Part shown: piece by piece, positions 42,358 through 53,051 of the stretch
Numbering within the stretch: position 1 is the stretch's first letter
Layout of the letters: the number at the start of each line of letters is the position of its first letter
Notes under the pieces: generated by a model
What the model was told of the DNA's origin: nothing
Databases searched by the model: none
What the model saw: the letters and a program-made list of their open reading frames with translations, nothing else
Assembly (NCBI GenBank): GCA_963837955.1
Contig: CAWIPH010000002.1
Coordinates: 3,328,001-3,392,000 of the forward strand
Length of the DNA stretch: 64,000 nt
Direction of reading: 5' to 3'
DNA from: an uncultured Verrucomicrobiae bacterium
GTDB taxonomy: Bacteria; Verrucomicrobiota; Verrucomicrobiia; Chthoniobacterales; JAFAMB01
Position numbers and translations under genes: made by a program

Positions 42358-43434
42358 TATAGTTCTAATTATCTGGTTTAATGGACTCCTCAGTCCGTAA
42401 TGCTTACAAATCAGAGGGAAAATCGAGCAAAAGAGCGTATGTCCATCGCGCCACTCAGAAAGCGAAGCTCGATTTGTTCGGTGATAGGGAAAACCGGAGC
42501 TACCAATTCGATCCCTTCCACCAAAGAACCGTTTGAATTAAAAGCTTTTCCGAGATGGTAACTCGCTGAAGCTGATGCTCGGTTAGCCCAGCGGATCTGG
42601 CAGAACTAAAGAAGGACCCAACCGCCAAACCGAACCTATCCGGTATCCAACTCATAAGTACTCCCTTTTACCCATGACATCTCGAAATAGCCCTCATCCC
42701 ATAACCCAACTGGCTAGCGCACAATTATGAGTATTGTGCCGGCCAGAGGCCGGCCTTTTGTAAATGAAACGCTCGCCACCGTACCACGCCCCGCCTGGCG
42801 GAGTCGCGCCACCCGCATCGAAGGCGATGTTGTTGCCCAAAGCGAGTCCGACCAGCAGAGTAGATTCGAGTTGCTGCCTATTAACAGCATTGCGATTGAA
42901 ACGTATTGGGAAAAGCCGAGCCGCCATATCTACTATTGTACGGAAATAGAAATGAAAGTTGCGCGCTTTTCAGTTTGGATGGAGTCGGCCGGCCCACCGG
43001 CCACTCCGTTCGCCGCCTTGCGCGAATGATGAATTCCTGTTTGTACGCTTATCCGTTCGCTCGCGGGAAGACGACTTGGTTGCGGCTCTTCGCCTTTGGC
43101 AGGTCCTCAACCTGGGGATATTCGCGTTAAGTACAGGTTACCCATTTTCGGGAGAGTTTTTCATCCTCGAACTCGTCCTTATGGTCGAAGGGTTTAGTTA
43201 CAGGGTCCCGCCACTGCGCCTTTTGCAAAACTCAATCCGTTCTAGTTCACTGCAGTGGAAAGGCATCGCCACGAGGATGACGACGAGAGAAAGCCTGCCC
43301 CCCAACGGTTGTTTGCTCGTTTACCATGATCGTGGAGCGTTTCGACGACGGCGGGAGGAAGACTCGGTTGTGCCGCTCCACGAGTCCAGGATTACCTTGA
43401 TCGACCACGGGGGCTGGGTTTACCTAAGACCGGC

Positions 43435-44181
43435 ATGACAGGCTGGCTAAGCTCAAGCGCAGGTGGACAGCTCCGATTCGAAACCACCCAATGGAGCTTG
43501 GTCTCTGCCGCCGCGGGCGAAGGCAAAACGAGCCGGGACGCGCTCGAGGATCTGTACCACAGCTATTGTTATCCGGTCTATTCTTTCGTTCGCCGGCGCG
43601 GCTATAGCCGCCAGGATGCCCAGGATGTGACGCATGATTTCTTTGTTCATCTGGTGGAAAAAAACGGGTTTGGTCGAGCCGTAGCGGGCCAGGGCAAGTT
43701 TCGTACTTTCCTGCTGAGGTCGCTGGAGTTTTTCCTCCAACACGCAGACGAGCGAGCTCGCACCCAGAAACGGGGCGGCCGGACGACACTGGTATTTCTG
43801 GATGATGAAACCGCCGAAGGAGCTTATCAGCTCATTGATCCTGGTCTCACCGCAGAACAAATCTTCGATGCGCAATGGGCCATGATGCTGATCGAAGGCA
43901 CACTGGCTCGCTTGAAACTCGAGATGGAACAGGCCGGGAAACGCGATTTGTTTGATCAGCTGTCCGGCTTTTTGCTTGGCGGCGAGGAAAGTTCTTATCT
44001 TGAGGTAGCACAACGAACCGGTCTCACTGTCGCGGCCACCAAAGCAGCGATTTATCGATTGAGAGTGCGCTACCGCGAGATTTTACGAGCTGAAGTGGCC
44101 CGAACGGTAGCTAGCTCCGCCGATTTCGATGCCGAGATTCGGGCTCTTCAAGCCTCACTGTTGGACGGCTCGCGTGGTTGA
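43435..44181 (+). CDS. ECF-type sigma-70 factor (kinase-associated type)
   Basis: FETTQWSLV, YPVYSFVRRRG, DAQDVTHDFF, GKFRTFLL, AIYRLRVRY. Confidence 0.88.
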   Translation: MTGWLSSSAGGQLRFETTQWSLVSAAAGEGKTSRDALEDLYHSYCYPVYSFVRRRGYSRQDAQDVTHDFFVHLVEKNGFGRAVAGQGKFRTFLLRSLEFFLQHADERARTQKRGGRTTLVFLDDETAEGAYQLIDPGLTAEQIFDAQWAMMLIEGTLARLKLEMEQAGKRDLFDQLSGFLLGGEESSYLEVAQRTGLTVAATKAAIYRLRVRYREILRAEVARTVASSADFDAEIRALQASLLDGSRG

Positions 44182-44196
44182 ACGCGTGACGACATC

Positions 44197-44296
44197 GGTA
44201 GGGACGAGCTCCTGCTCGTCCGCGGTTTTTCGCGCCACGTTCTGCGATTCGATATTGTTCAGCGGCCTCCCGGACGAGCAGGAGCTCGTCCCTACC
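44197..44296. repeat. GTAG-type REP doublet
   Basis: Perfect 26-bp inverted repeat GGTAGGGACGAGCTCCTGCTCGTCCG / CGGACGAGCAGGAGCTCGTCCCTACC. Confidence 0.88.
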
Positions 44297-44398
44297 TCGG
44301 CTCCACGAAGGCTTGCCAATCCTCGCTTTTTTCGATAGCACGTGCCGCATGCGCGGGTTTCCACGGGTGGAAATAAGGGATGCTCATCGGAGGTGTTG

Positions 44399-47200
44399 AT
44401 GAGTGCTCTCGCTGCAATTCCCGAACAAACGACCTGCCGACGCTGTCACGCGATCATCAGCTCTAAGCGTTCGTATCATGGGTATTGCCTTCCCTGCCTG
44501 TTAAATCCTGCGCTTGAACCCGATCATTTGCTCGAACAGGACCAGAGTAATCGGTTCGAGCCCTATGAAGTTTTGACCCATTCGGACGGGTCTTTTGTCG
44601 AGCTGGGTCGCGGATCGATGGGGATCACTTACCGAGCTCTCGACACCAATCTCCAGCTTCCAGTAGCGCTGAAAGTCATCGACTTCAGCGTAGCCGGCCA
44701 GGAAATCAATTGGGAACGTTTTCTCCGGGAAGCCCGCGCCGCCGCCAGGTTGCGGCATCCGCACGTGGTCAGCGTCCTTTATTATGGCGTCGCCCGTGAT
44801 GGCCAGTGTTACTATGCGATGGAGCTGGTCGAAGGTGAGACGCTGGCCGAGCGAGTCCGGCGCAGCGGCCCCTTGCCGGTTACGGATGCCTTAGAGGTGA
44901 TTGCTCAGGTAGCGAGCGCGTTGCAAGCGGTCGAAAAACAGGGCTTGGTGCATCGCGATTTGAAACCGGCCAATCTCATGCTGCTCAAAGACACGGGGCT
45001 CAGTGTTAAGGTAATCGATTTTGGGCTCGCCAAGAGCATAAGTACTCAGGAACCGAGCGATCGGATCACCCACGACGGCTTTATCGGGACGCCGGCCTTC
45101 GCCAGCCCAGAACAATTTTCCCATGAAAAGATCGATCAGCGGTCCGACTACTTCTCTTTGGGCAGCACCCTTTTCTATTTGCTCACCGGCAGCCCGCCGT
45201 TCAAGGCCGATCAAATCTGTGAACTGCCAGAGCAGATGATCCATCGGGAGCCGCTGATTGCCCAGCTTAAGGCCGCGCGGATTCCTTCACAGGTTAGGAA
45301 ACTGGTGGATTCGCTTTTAAGCGCTGCCCCGGAGGATCGACCCCAGAGTGGACGGGCGCTGGTCGAAGCCATCGCCAAATGCCAACGAGCAATCGCCAAA
45401 ACGAAGCGGATCGGCAGTAAGACAGCGATTATTGCCGGGTTGGGCCTGCTCATCGTGGCGATGTTATTCTTTTTCCAAAGCGGGATTTTCACAAAAGATA
45501 GCACCGCGAAATCAATTGCGGTTTTACCCTTCAACAATCTGAGTTCGGCGAGCGACGACTCCTATTTTGTTGACGGGGTCCAGGACGATATTCTGACTGA
45601 CCTTGCGAAAATCGCCGATCTGCAGGTGATCAGCCGCGGGAGCGTCCAGGGTTACCGGAACCCAGCGAACCGCCCGCTTCCCCGGGAAATCGGTCAGGCG
45701 CTCCACGTCCGGTACCTTCTCAATGGGAGCGTCCAACGCGAAGGCAGCCGGATCCGAGTGACGGCCCAACTGGAAGAAGCCCAGACTGGCCGCGAACTTT
45801 GGGCAGAGCGGTACGACGGCGAGTTAACCGATGTTTTCGCGATTCAGGCAGAACTCGCCGAAGGGATCTCACATGAACTACGCGCCAAACTTTCTACGGC
45901 CGAAAAAAGTTCGCTCAGCGAGATCCCAACCCGCGATCTCGCTGCCTATGAGCTCTATCTTCACGCCAAAGAACTCATCGCGAATTATGACGAACAGACT
46001 CAGAGTGCCGAACCGTTCTACAGCGGGGTGCGGCTTTTAGAGGAAGCTGTCAACCGGGACCCGGGCTTTGCTCTGGCCTGGGCCATGCTGGCAAAAGCTA
46101 ATGACGGTTTGTATTGGCACAGCGCCGACCATACCGAAAGCAGGCGGACGGCTGCTGAAAACGCCCTGCAGAAAGCGCTGCAGTTACGGCCAGACCTCGG
46201 TGAAGTTCACCTCGAGGCAGGTCACCATTTGTCGGTTACCACTCGCGACTATCCCGCGATTCGCCGGGAACTCGAGCTCGCTCGTCGCACCTTGCCAAAT
46301 TCGGCTTACCTGTTCGGTCTTTTGGCCAGTGTCAACTCGCGCCAAGGGCAATGGCGCGAAGCCGTGCAAGATTACGAGAGAGCATCAACCCTCGATCCGA
46401 AAAACGTCCATTGGATCATCGGTCTGTATGGAATCTACGATTTCCATCGGCAGTACGAAGAGGTTCACCGGGGGTTGGCCGAAACTGCGAGAGCCGGTGC
46501 GAGTACCCAATCAATCGATTACAAGAAAGCAGTGCTTACGTGGCAGGAGAAAGGCGATACTTCGGGATTTCATGCCCTTCTGGATGAGCCAGCCGGACCG
46601 CTCCGGGCCAGCGGACGCGCCACGCTCCTGAAGATCTCCGCCGCGTTGGGAGACCGGAATTTTGCCAAAGCTGAGCAGATTCTGGCGGCCGATCCCAAGG
46701 AAGAGTTTGAGGTCGGCGAACGGAGATTCGCCTGCCGGGATTTTCTGCTCGGGTGGATCAAAAAATCCGAAGGCGATGACGCAGCAGCGAAAATTGCCTT
46801 CGTGAATTCGCGTCCAATGCAACTCGCTTATGTTCAAAAATGGTCGGATGACCCGAACCCTTTGACGATGTTGGCGCTCACCGATGCGGCGCTTGGGCAT
46901 ACGGAAGACGCGCTGAGCGAAGGGCGTCAGGCAACGGCGATGCAACCGATCTCGCGGGATGCGATTGACGGGCCCTTGTTAGCAGCGGAAGTGGCGGAGG
47001 TTTATGCGTGGGCCGGCGAACGCGAGTTGGCTATCAAACAACTCGAGATGCTGGAACAAGTCCCCCGGGCATTAACGTATGGTGATCTCGCCAGGTTGCC
47101 GGACTGGGATTCGTTGCGAAGCGACCCGCGATTCCAGAAGGTTTTATCCCAACTAAAGCCGATCCCGATCGTCAACCGCTCGGACTCCGCAAATCGTTAA
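44399..47200 (+). CDS. Ser/Thr protein kinase with TM, TolB-like and TPR domains
   Basis: N-terminal CxxC..CxxC; GRGSMG, VALK, HRDLKPAN, DFG, GTPAFASPEQ; TM; SIAVLPFNNLS; TPR-like helices. Confidence 0.93.
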   Translation: MSALAAIPEQTTCRRCHAIISSKRSYHGYCLPCLLNPALEPDHLLEQDQSNRFEPYEVLTHSDGSFVELGRGSMGITYRALDTNLQLPVALKVIDFSVAGQEINWERFLREARAAARLRHPHVVSVLYYGVARDGQCYYAMELVEGETLAERVRRSGPLPVTDALEVIAQVASALQAVEKQGLVHRDLKPANLMLLKDTGLSVKVIDFGLAKSISTQEPSDRITHDGFIGTPAFASPEQFSHEKIDQRSDYFSLGSTLFYLLTGSPPFKADQICELPEQMIHREPLIAQLKAARIPSQVRKLVDSLLSAAPEDRPQSGRALVEAIAKCQRAIAKTKRIGSKTAIIAGLGLLIVAMLFFFQSGIFTKDSTAKSIAVLPFNNLSSASDDSYFVDGVQDDILTDLAKIADLQVISRGSVQGYRNPANRPLPREIGQALHVRYLLNGSVQREGSRIRVTAQLEEAQTGRELWAERYDGELTDVFAIQAELAEGISHELRAKLSTAEKSSLSEIPTRDLAAYELYLHAKELIANYDEQTQSAEPFYSGVRLLEEAVNRDPGFALAWAMLAKANDGLYWHSADHTESRRTAAENALQKALQLRPDLGEVHLEAGHHLSVTTRDYPAIRRELELARRTLPNSAYLFGLLASVNSRQGQWREAVQDYERASTLDPKNVHWIIGLYGIYDFHRQYEEVHRGLAETARAGASTQSIDYKKAVLTWQEKGDTSGFHALLDEPAGPLRASGRATLLKISAALGDRNFAKAEQILAADPKEEFEVGERRFACRDFLLGWIKKSEGDDAAAKIAFVNSRPMQLAYVQKWSDDPNPLTMLALTDAALGHTEDALSEGRQATAMQPISRDAIDGPLLAAEVAEVYAWAGERELAIKQLEMLEQVPRALTYGDLARLPDWDSLRSDPRFQKVLSQLKPIPIVNRSDSANR

Positions 47201-47521
47201 GTCCGCGGATAATAGAAACCTGCGTGATTGGTGAGATGTGAATGGTGATTCGCAGGGCGAAGCTCCCCGTATTGCCTATATGGTTTCGCAGAACGGAACT
47301 AACCGGAATCAGGAAAGCCAGGGAGAGAACGTTGGGAGCAGATGATATGGGCCACGTCTTAAGCGCTGGTATGATTAATCTCATTTGAGGCAACGATTGC
47401 GGCAGTTGGGACAAATTAACGGCTGTTTCCAAAGCGGCGGGCTTTAGTACGGCGAACCAAACGCGTGCAATCAGACCATCCGGTCAAGGCTGCAGGCAAA
47501 TCTTAGGAGAGCGTACTATTT

Positions 47522-48763
47522 ATGAAACTGGGTTTTATTTGTCTAAATCTACCGGGTCACCTTAATCCGATGACGGCACTGGCGCGTCATCTGCAGGAAC
47601 GCAACCATGAGGTTGTCTTCCTTTATTCTTCGAGCGCTAACGGTTTGCCGTGTGCTCCCGGTGACGATAGGGATCCCATTAACGAGAGCCGGCCCGAAGT
47701 GAGCAAGCTGCAAGGAGACGATGCCTTAGCATTTGCCCTTGGCCTACTGGTGCAGCGAACAGAGGCCATGCTAAAGTCAATGCCCGCCATGATCGAGGAG
47801 AACGGCATCGATGGTCTCATCATCGACCCGATCCAATTTTATGCCGAACTGGCGCCGATGAACTTGGGCATACCCTATATCCACGTGGCGGTCGCCATTC
47901 ATTGTGACTACTCTGGTTACACACCCCTCGCTATCTATGGTGATCCTCACCAGACCACCCCTGAAGCGATAGCCAGAAATCGGAAAGGCGTGGTCAAGTT
48001 TGCTAAAATGCTTAGCAACGACGGGGTCAAAGCCTATGCGAAGAACGCCGGCTTCAAAATCGATTGGGAGAATCCCGGTTTCACTTTGTCCGATATCGCG
48101 TGGCTCACCCAAGTCCCGAGAGAGTTCGATTTTGAAAATTCTCATTGGCCGTCGCAGTTTCATCACACCGGGCCGTTCCATGATGGCAAAGGCCGGGACG
48201 AGGTGAATTTCCCTTGGGAACGATTAACCGGAGAGCCGCTGATCTACGCTTCAATGGGGACAATCCTGAATGGTCAAGCGGAGGTTTTCCGCACCATTGC
48301 GGCCGGTGTTGCGAAGCACAAGCGCGTGCAGTTGGTTCTTTCCATTGGCGATCAACTCGAGCCGGAGCAGATCGGGCCGGTTCCAAGCAATGCGATCATC
48401 GTCAAGCGAGCACCTCAATTGGAACTATTAAAGCGGGCCTCGGTTTGTATCACGCATTCAGGGGTGAACACCGTGCTGGAATCGCTGGCGCAGGGTGTCC
48501 CGCAAGTGGCTATCCCGGTAACCTTTGATCAGCCCGGTATCGCTGCCAGAATAGCGTACCACAAAACCGGCGTGGTCACGTCGTTAGATAAGTTAACCGC
48601 GGCCCATCTCTCAGATCTTCTCGGCGAGGTGCTGACCGAAGCGACTTACCGTGACAATGCTCGCCGGATCCAGAAAGCGATTGTGAAGACCAACGGACTC
48701 TCCGTTGCAGCCGATCTGGTAGAACAGTCCTTCGGTGCTAACGCGCTGACCGGCGCCGTATAG
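47522..48763 (+). CDS. GT1/MGT family glycosyltransferase (CrtX-like)
   Basis: PGHLNPM, YASMGT, APQLELL..CITHSGVNTVLE, FDQPG. Confidence 0.9.
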   Translation: MKLGFICLNLPGHLNPMTALARHLQERNHEVVFLYSSSANGLPCAPGDDRDPINESRPEVSKLQGDDALAFALGLLVQRTEAMLKSMPAMIEENGIDGLIIDPIQFYAELAPMNLGIPYIHVAVAIHCDYSGYTPLAIYGDPHQTTPEAIARNRKGVVKFAKMLSNDGVKAYAKNAGFKIDWENPGFTLSDIAWLTQVPREFDFENSHWPSQFHHTGPFHDGKGRDEVNFPWERLTGEPLIYASMGTILNGQAEVFRTIAAGVAKHKRVQLVLSIGDQLEPEQIGPVPSNAIIVKRAPQLELLKRASVCITHSGVNTVLESLAQGVPQVAIPVTFDQPGIAARIAYHKTGVVTSLDKLTAAHLSDLLGEVLTEATYRDNARRIQKAIVKTNGLSVAADLVEQSFGANALTGAV

Positions 48764-48922
48764 AACGGTGGAGGCCGCTTCGGTCATGAACTGAAAGTTC
48801 TCTCTCGTTCCGTTCTTGTCCTAAACATAGGGGATTTTCCAGACGACCTAGGAGCTGTAATCAGCGGTGGGAAGGTCGCAGGGATTTGGTAAACAAGAAG
48901 GACATCGGGAGATAGGGGTACC

Positions 48923-48968
48923 CGTGCGAATTGCCTCGTAGGCGAGACAATTCGCACGTCTTCTTTTT
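48923..48968 (+). terminator. Probable rho-independent terminator
   Basis: CGTGCGAATTG...CAATTCGCACG stem followed by TCTTCTTTTT. Confidence 0.65.
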
Positions 48969-49101
48969 AGGCAAGGCACTTCCTAGGTTCCGGTGCCTGC
49001 AGGCCAAATTTGTTCAGCAGCAGTTCTAGCGGGAAACACAATTGCTGAGCCACGACCAGACCGTGATTAACGCGAAGAGCTATCGCTCGGCGGCCATGTA
49101 A

Positions 49102-50022
49102 CTAGGCCGCTCTTTGCGATTCGACCGCAAGGTTCCGCGGTGTCAGAAGATCCTGAAGACCGATATATCGGAGCAGCTCAGCTCGTACCCGATCGGCAAC
49201 GCCGTTGACGATCTCGCAGCCATCCTGCGAAGGATCGACGTGAACCCGAAAAGGCCTCCTGCCAAATGGGGTCTCAACGACCTTGACAATCGCTTCTGCG
49301 ACCATGCCGACATCGGCGCCGGCGGGCTCGAGCGATGCGATACCCTTCAGGATTAAGTCCTCCAATCCGGCATAAGGCCCCCTGTCATATTCCGCCGCCA
49401 GCGCCTGATCGGTCGGAGAGCCGGCGTTCGCAAAGTGACTGGTGCCTTTGGTGAAAGCACCCGGCACGACAATGGTGGTCTCCACACCCCAGCGCGCCAG
49501 TTCGCCAGCGTAGGAAACAGCCAGCGAGTCCATCGCCGCCTTCGCCGCGAAATAAGGCGCCAGATACGGGGGCGTACCGCCTCGGGTGCTGCTCGAGGAA
49601 ACCCAGATCACCAACCCTCGTCCCTGTTTGCGGAGCTGGGGCAGCGCGGCCCGGTTGACGCGTTGGGTGCTGAGAACGTTTACGTCATAGAGCCGGGCGA
49701 ACTGCTCTGGCGTAAACGCCTCCGCCGGTCCGAAAGCCATATGGCCGGCATTGTGGACGATGACGTCGAAGCGCCCGGTTTCGGCAATGATTCTGCCGAT
49801 GCCAGCTTCGACGGATCTATCCGAGACAACGTCAAGCTCAACGACGCGCAGATCAACACCGTGCTTCGCGGCATACTCATGAGCCAGCACCACCTGATAC
49901 GCGGTGCCGCCCTCCGTATCCCGCATTCCGGCGTAGACGGTGTGACCGGCGCTGGCCAGAGCGCGTGAAGCAAGAGCACCAAAACCGCTCGATGCTCCAG
50001 TGACGACAATTACTTCCTTCAT
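49102..50022 (-). CDS. SDR family oxidoreductase
   Basis: TGASSGFG, HNAG, YFAAK. Confidence 0.92.
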   Translation of the reverse strand: MKEVIVVTGASSGFGALASRALASAGHTVYAGMRDTEGGTAYQVVLAHEYAAKHGVDLRVVELDVVSDRSVEAGIGRIIAETGRFDVIVHNAGHMAFGPAEAFTPEQFARLYDVNVLSTQRVNRAALPQLRKQGRGLVIWVSSSSTRGGTPPYLAPYFAAKAAMDSLAVSYAGELARWGVETTIVVPGAFTKGTSHFANAGSPTDQALAAEYDRGPYAGLEDLILKGIASLEPAGADVGMVAEAIVKVVETPFGRRPFRVHVDPSQDGCEIVNGVADRVRAELLRYIGLQDLLTPRNLAVESQRAA

Positions 50023-50051
50023 TGCTTATCTCCTTTTCAGTGATGGAAACA

Positions 50052-50792
50052 TCAGACCATGCCGCCATTGGCGCGAAGCACCTGGCCATTGATCCAGGAT
50101 CCGTCCGGACCGGCTAGGAAAGCGACGGCAGCAGCGATGTCTTGCGGCGTCCCCAGGCGCTCAAGCGGATTCATTTTCGCCATGCGCTCGATGAGCTCCT
50201 GCGATTTTCCGTTCAAGAATAGGTCGGTCCCGGTCGGGCCTGGCGCGATCGCGTTGACCGTGATCGACCGGCCGCGGAGTTCCTTGGAGAGGATCGCGGT
50301 CAGCGTTTCGACGGCAGACTTGGTCGCGGCGTAGATGCCATAGGTCTCCAGCCTGAGGCCGACGACACTGGTAGAGAAATTGATGATACGTCCACCGGTA
50401 CGAAGCCGTTTGGCTGCTTCGCGCAGGCCGTTGAACGTGCCCTTCAGATTGACGGCAACGAGGCGGTCAAACGTTGCATCATCCGTAGTGGCGACGCTCG
50501 ACAGTGTCATGATCCCGGCGTTGTTGACCAGAACGTCGACGCCGCCGAACTCTTTTTCAGCAGCATCGAACAGGCGCGCTACCTCGACCGGTTTACTGAC
50601 ATCGGCTTGCGCGCTGATTGCGCGGCCTTCGTTCGCGTTGATTTTCTTGACGAGCGCAGCAGCTTCCGCTTCGCCCCCCGAATAGTTCGCTACGATGGCG
50701 AAGCCGTCCTGCGCCAGTCGCTTGGCGACGGCGCTGCCGATGCCACGGGATGCCCCAGTTACGATGGCAGTCTTGGTTGATGTATTTGTCAT
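50052..50792 (-). CDS. SDR family oxidoreductase
   Basis: TGASRGIG, NNAG, YAATK, WINGQVLRANGG. Confidence 0.93.
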   Translation of the reverse strand: MTNTSTKTAIVTGASRGIGSAVAKRLAQDGFAIVANYSGGEAEAAALVKKINANEGRAISAQADVSKPVEVARLFDAAEKEFGGVDVLVNNAGIMTLSSVATTDDATFDRLVAVNLKGTFNGLREAAKRLRTGGRIINFSTSVVGLRLETYGIYAATKSAVETLTAILSKELRGRSITVNAIAPGPTGTDLFLNGKSQELIERMAKMNPLERLGTPQDIAAAVAFLAGPDGSWINGQVLRANGGMV

Positions 50793-50850
50793 GGTTCAAA
50801 TATTAGACATCGCCAAACAATAACTCTAATGCATAGTGCTTATACTGATC

Positions 50851-51804
50851 ATGCGCATAACACATTTACGTCAAGCGGATCTGAACCTGTTAATTGTCTT
50901 CACGGTGCTTGCCGAAGAACGAAATGTCACGCGCGCCGCGGCGCGGTTGTCGCTCAGCCAGCCGGCAGCGAGCCGCGCGTTGCAACGGTTGCGAGACATG
51001 TTCCACGATGACCTCCTGATCAGGACCTCCTCCGGGTATCAGCCCACTCCCAAGGGCGAACGCCTTCTGCACGAACTCGAATCAACGCTGCCACGATTGG
51101 ACCGATTGCTCAGCGGGAAGGACTTCGACCCGGCTGCGGAAGAGACCTCCTTCCAGATCGCTACCACCGATCACGCTTCCCACGTACTTTGTCCGCTGCT
51201 ATGCCGCACCGTGCTCGCACCGGCAGGCAAGATCTCTTTTCATTTCATGCCGCTGCACGACGGGACGTTCGAAGCGATGGAAAAGGCCCGAATCGATCTG
51301 GTGCTGAATGCTGACGACGGCTACGCTCCCGCGCACCTGGCAAAAGAGGCCATCTTCGAGGTGGAGTTTGTTTGTGTCGTGGCTAAGGAAAGCCGCTTCT
51401 CGCGTGCTTTCACACTGAAGCAGTATCTGGCTGCAGATCACATCGGAATCGGGGTGCTGCGAGGAATTCAAACTATCCCGGAGAAGAGATTAGCCGCGGT
51501 CGGGGCCGAGCGCCACTGCCCGATCTGGGTGCCCTATCATACGGCCGCGATGCGCAGCGTTGCCGGCACAAACCTGGTCGCGACGGTACCCAGACGCATG
51601 GCGGAATTGGAAGCCTCGAATCCGGCCATAAAGATCCTCAAGGCGCCAGCCGAACTCGAGGGATTCAACTACCTGATGATCTGGCATCCCCGAATGAATA
51701 CTGACGCGGCACACGTCTGGTTGCGTTCGATCGTCCGTGAGGCAGGAAAGCATATATCGCTTGAGGTCACTAAAGACAGACCCCAGTTGAACTTGAATCG
51801 ATAG
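50851..51804 (+). CDS. LysR family transcriptional regulator
   Basis: DLNLL..F..LAEERNVTRAAARLSLSQPAAS; divergent from the SDR pair. Confidence 0.94.
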   Translation: MRITHLRQADLNLLIVFTVLAEERNVTRAAARLSLSQPAASRALQRLRDMFHDDLLIRTSSGYQPTPKGERLLHELESTLPRLDRLLSGKDFDPAAEETSFQIATTDHASHVLCPLLCRTVLAPAGKISFHFMPLHDGTFEAMEKARIDLVLNADDGYAPAHLAKEAIFEVEFVCVVAKESRFSRAFTLKQYLAADHIGIGVLRGIQTIPEKRLAAVGAERHCPIWVPYHTAAMRSVAGTNLVATVPRRMAELEASNPAIKILKAPAELEGFNYLMIWHPRMNTDAAHVWLRSIVREAGKHISLEVTKDRPQLNLNR

Positions 51805-51870
51805 TTCACCCACACGTTGCCCTACCCTCGCCCTCTGGTAAGTCTTCGGGCACCGCTTGCCGTTTCAATG

Positions 51871-51900
51871 AAACCGGGTAGCGATTAATCTACCCGGTTT
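51871..51900. terminator. Possible bidirectional terminator
   Basis: AAACCGGGTAG-loop-CTACCCGGTTT between convergent genes. Confidence 0.65.
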
Positions 51901-51960
51901 AGGGTTATATACTCCGCTTGCTCCAAGCGACCTCCGGAACAGAGTAATATAATCAGTTTT

Positions 51961-52638
51961 TTACTTGGCTACATCCGCCACTAAATCTGCGGTCGCAATC
52001 TGCTGACCCGGCATAAGTACGGTTGCATGGAACAATGTATTCACGGCTTGAGCGAAGGCGGCAGAGATTTGCAGGTTCTCCGATATGGTGAATTGCGTTT
52101 TGTCGGGTGTTAGGCCAATTCTTGCAGCTGTCGCGGTCGCCAGTTCAATTTCTCCTCCCCCGACATCCCGTCCATTGGCGGAAAATCTGGCAAAGAGGTT
52201 TCCGGAGGTATCTTCGCGAAATTCGGTGAATTCAAGAAATAACCCATCTTGCGGATACGAGACAGAGACTCCTCCTTCCAGCGCGAAATCGCCGGCCTTA
52301 GCCGGTTGCGATTGCGGATCCATGGGCAGGAAGAGAATTCCCTGGGGAAAGATCCCCGGGCTCAGCGCGAGTACTGCAACAGCCGGATGGCCTGCAATGG
52401 CGGGTATCGGAAATGTTGCCGTAGTATGGGTTAGAGCTCCGTTGGCGCCAATTTCAAGGCTGTTGACCTTGAAATTGGGAGTGAACTTGGCGAAGCCGCC
52501 GGCAACATTCTCTGGGATTGAGCTGGAAGATTGCACATTCGCTGGGATTGAGTCGGAAGACTGAGCTAGTGCTGCGTTAACTCCCAGAAGTGCCAAAGCC
52601 GCGACCGATCCTAGAAACCTAACATTGTGAAACTGCAT
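51961..52638 (-). CDS. Hypothetical exported protein
   Basis: Signal peptide ending AALA-Q; beta-rich mature part. Confidence 0.75.
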   Translation of the reverse strand: MQFHNVRFLGSVAALALLGVNAALAQSSDSIPANVQSSSSIPENVAGGFAKFTPNFKVNSLEIGANGALTHTTATFPIPAIAGHPAVAVLALSPGIFPQGILFLPMDPQSQPAKAGDFALEGGVSVSYPQDGLFLEFTEFREDTSGNLFARFSANGRDVGGGEIELATATAARIGLTPDKTQFTISENLQISAAFAQAVNTLFHATVLMPGQQIATADLVADVAK

Positions 52639-52834
52639 AATATGAATAATTGTTTTTTTGTTAATGTTCCCAAGATCCGAACGAAAAGCCCGGATTTTGG
52701 ATTACATGAAATGAACTAGAGGCCAAAATTCAGGGACTCGTCCTCTTTTGTCCCAGTTGCCGGAATTGCCTTTCAGATTGCCACCAACTCCTTCGGCTAT
52801 GTATGCGAACAAGTGAGCAGTCACTAACTGCAGT

Positions 52835-52945
52835 ACCCTCGCCTCCGCTGGAGCTGTTATTGTCGGCCGTCGCCGAGAAACGATCGACGACGCACTGAGA
52901 GAAATAGGACCGGGGGCCATTGGCATCCAGGCTGTTGCAAGTTAA
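52835..52945 (+). pseudogene. SDR N-terminal fragment
   Basis: Translates to ...GAVIVGRRRETIDDALREIGPGAIGIQA*, with no start or remainder. Confidence 0.5.
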
Positions 52946-53051
52946 GACATAACCCTACTTGGAGTTCCTTTTTGGCCCTCCCGGCAGAGTTTGGCGGTCT
53001 GATTGAAGATCGACGCATCGCGCTGGTTGTGGGCATGATGTCTGGCGCCGC

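Noticed and set aside
42360..43430. Riboswitch-like words and ORFs in the 1-kb gap
   Set aside because: No complete cobalamin or fluoride consensus, and the ORFs lack recognisable features; an Infernal/Rfam scan would be needed.
43435..44181. Assignment to ECF43
   Set aside because: It retains an acidic DAQD motif rather than the Ser/Thr motif; group left unassigned.
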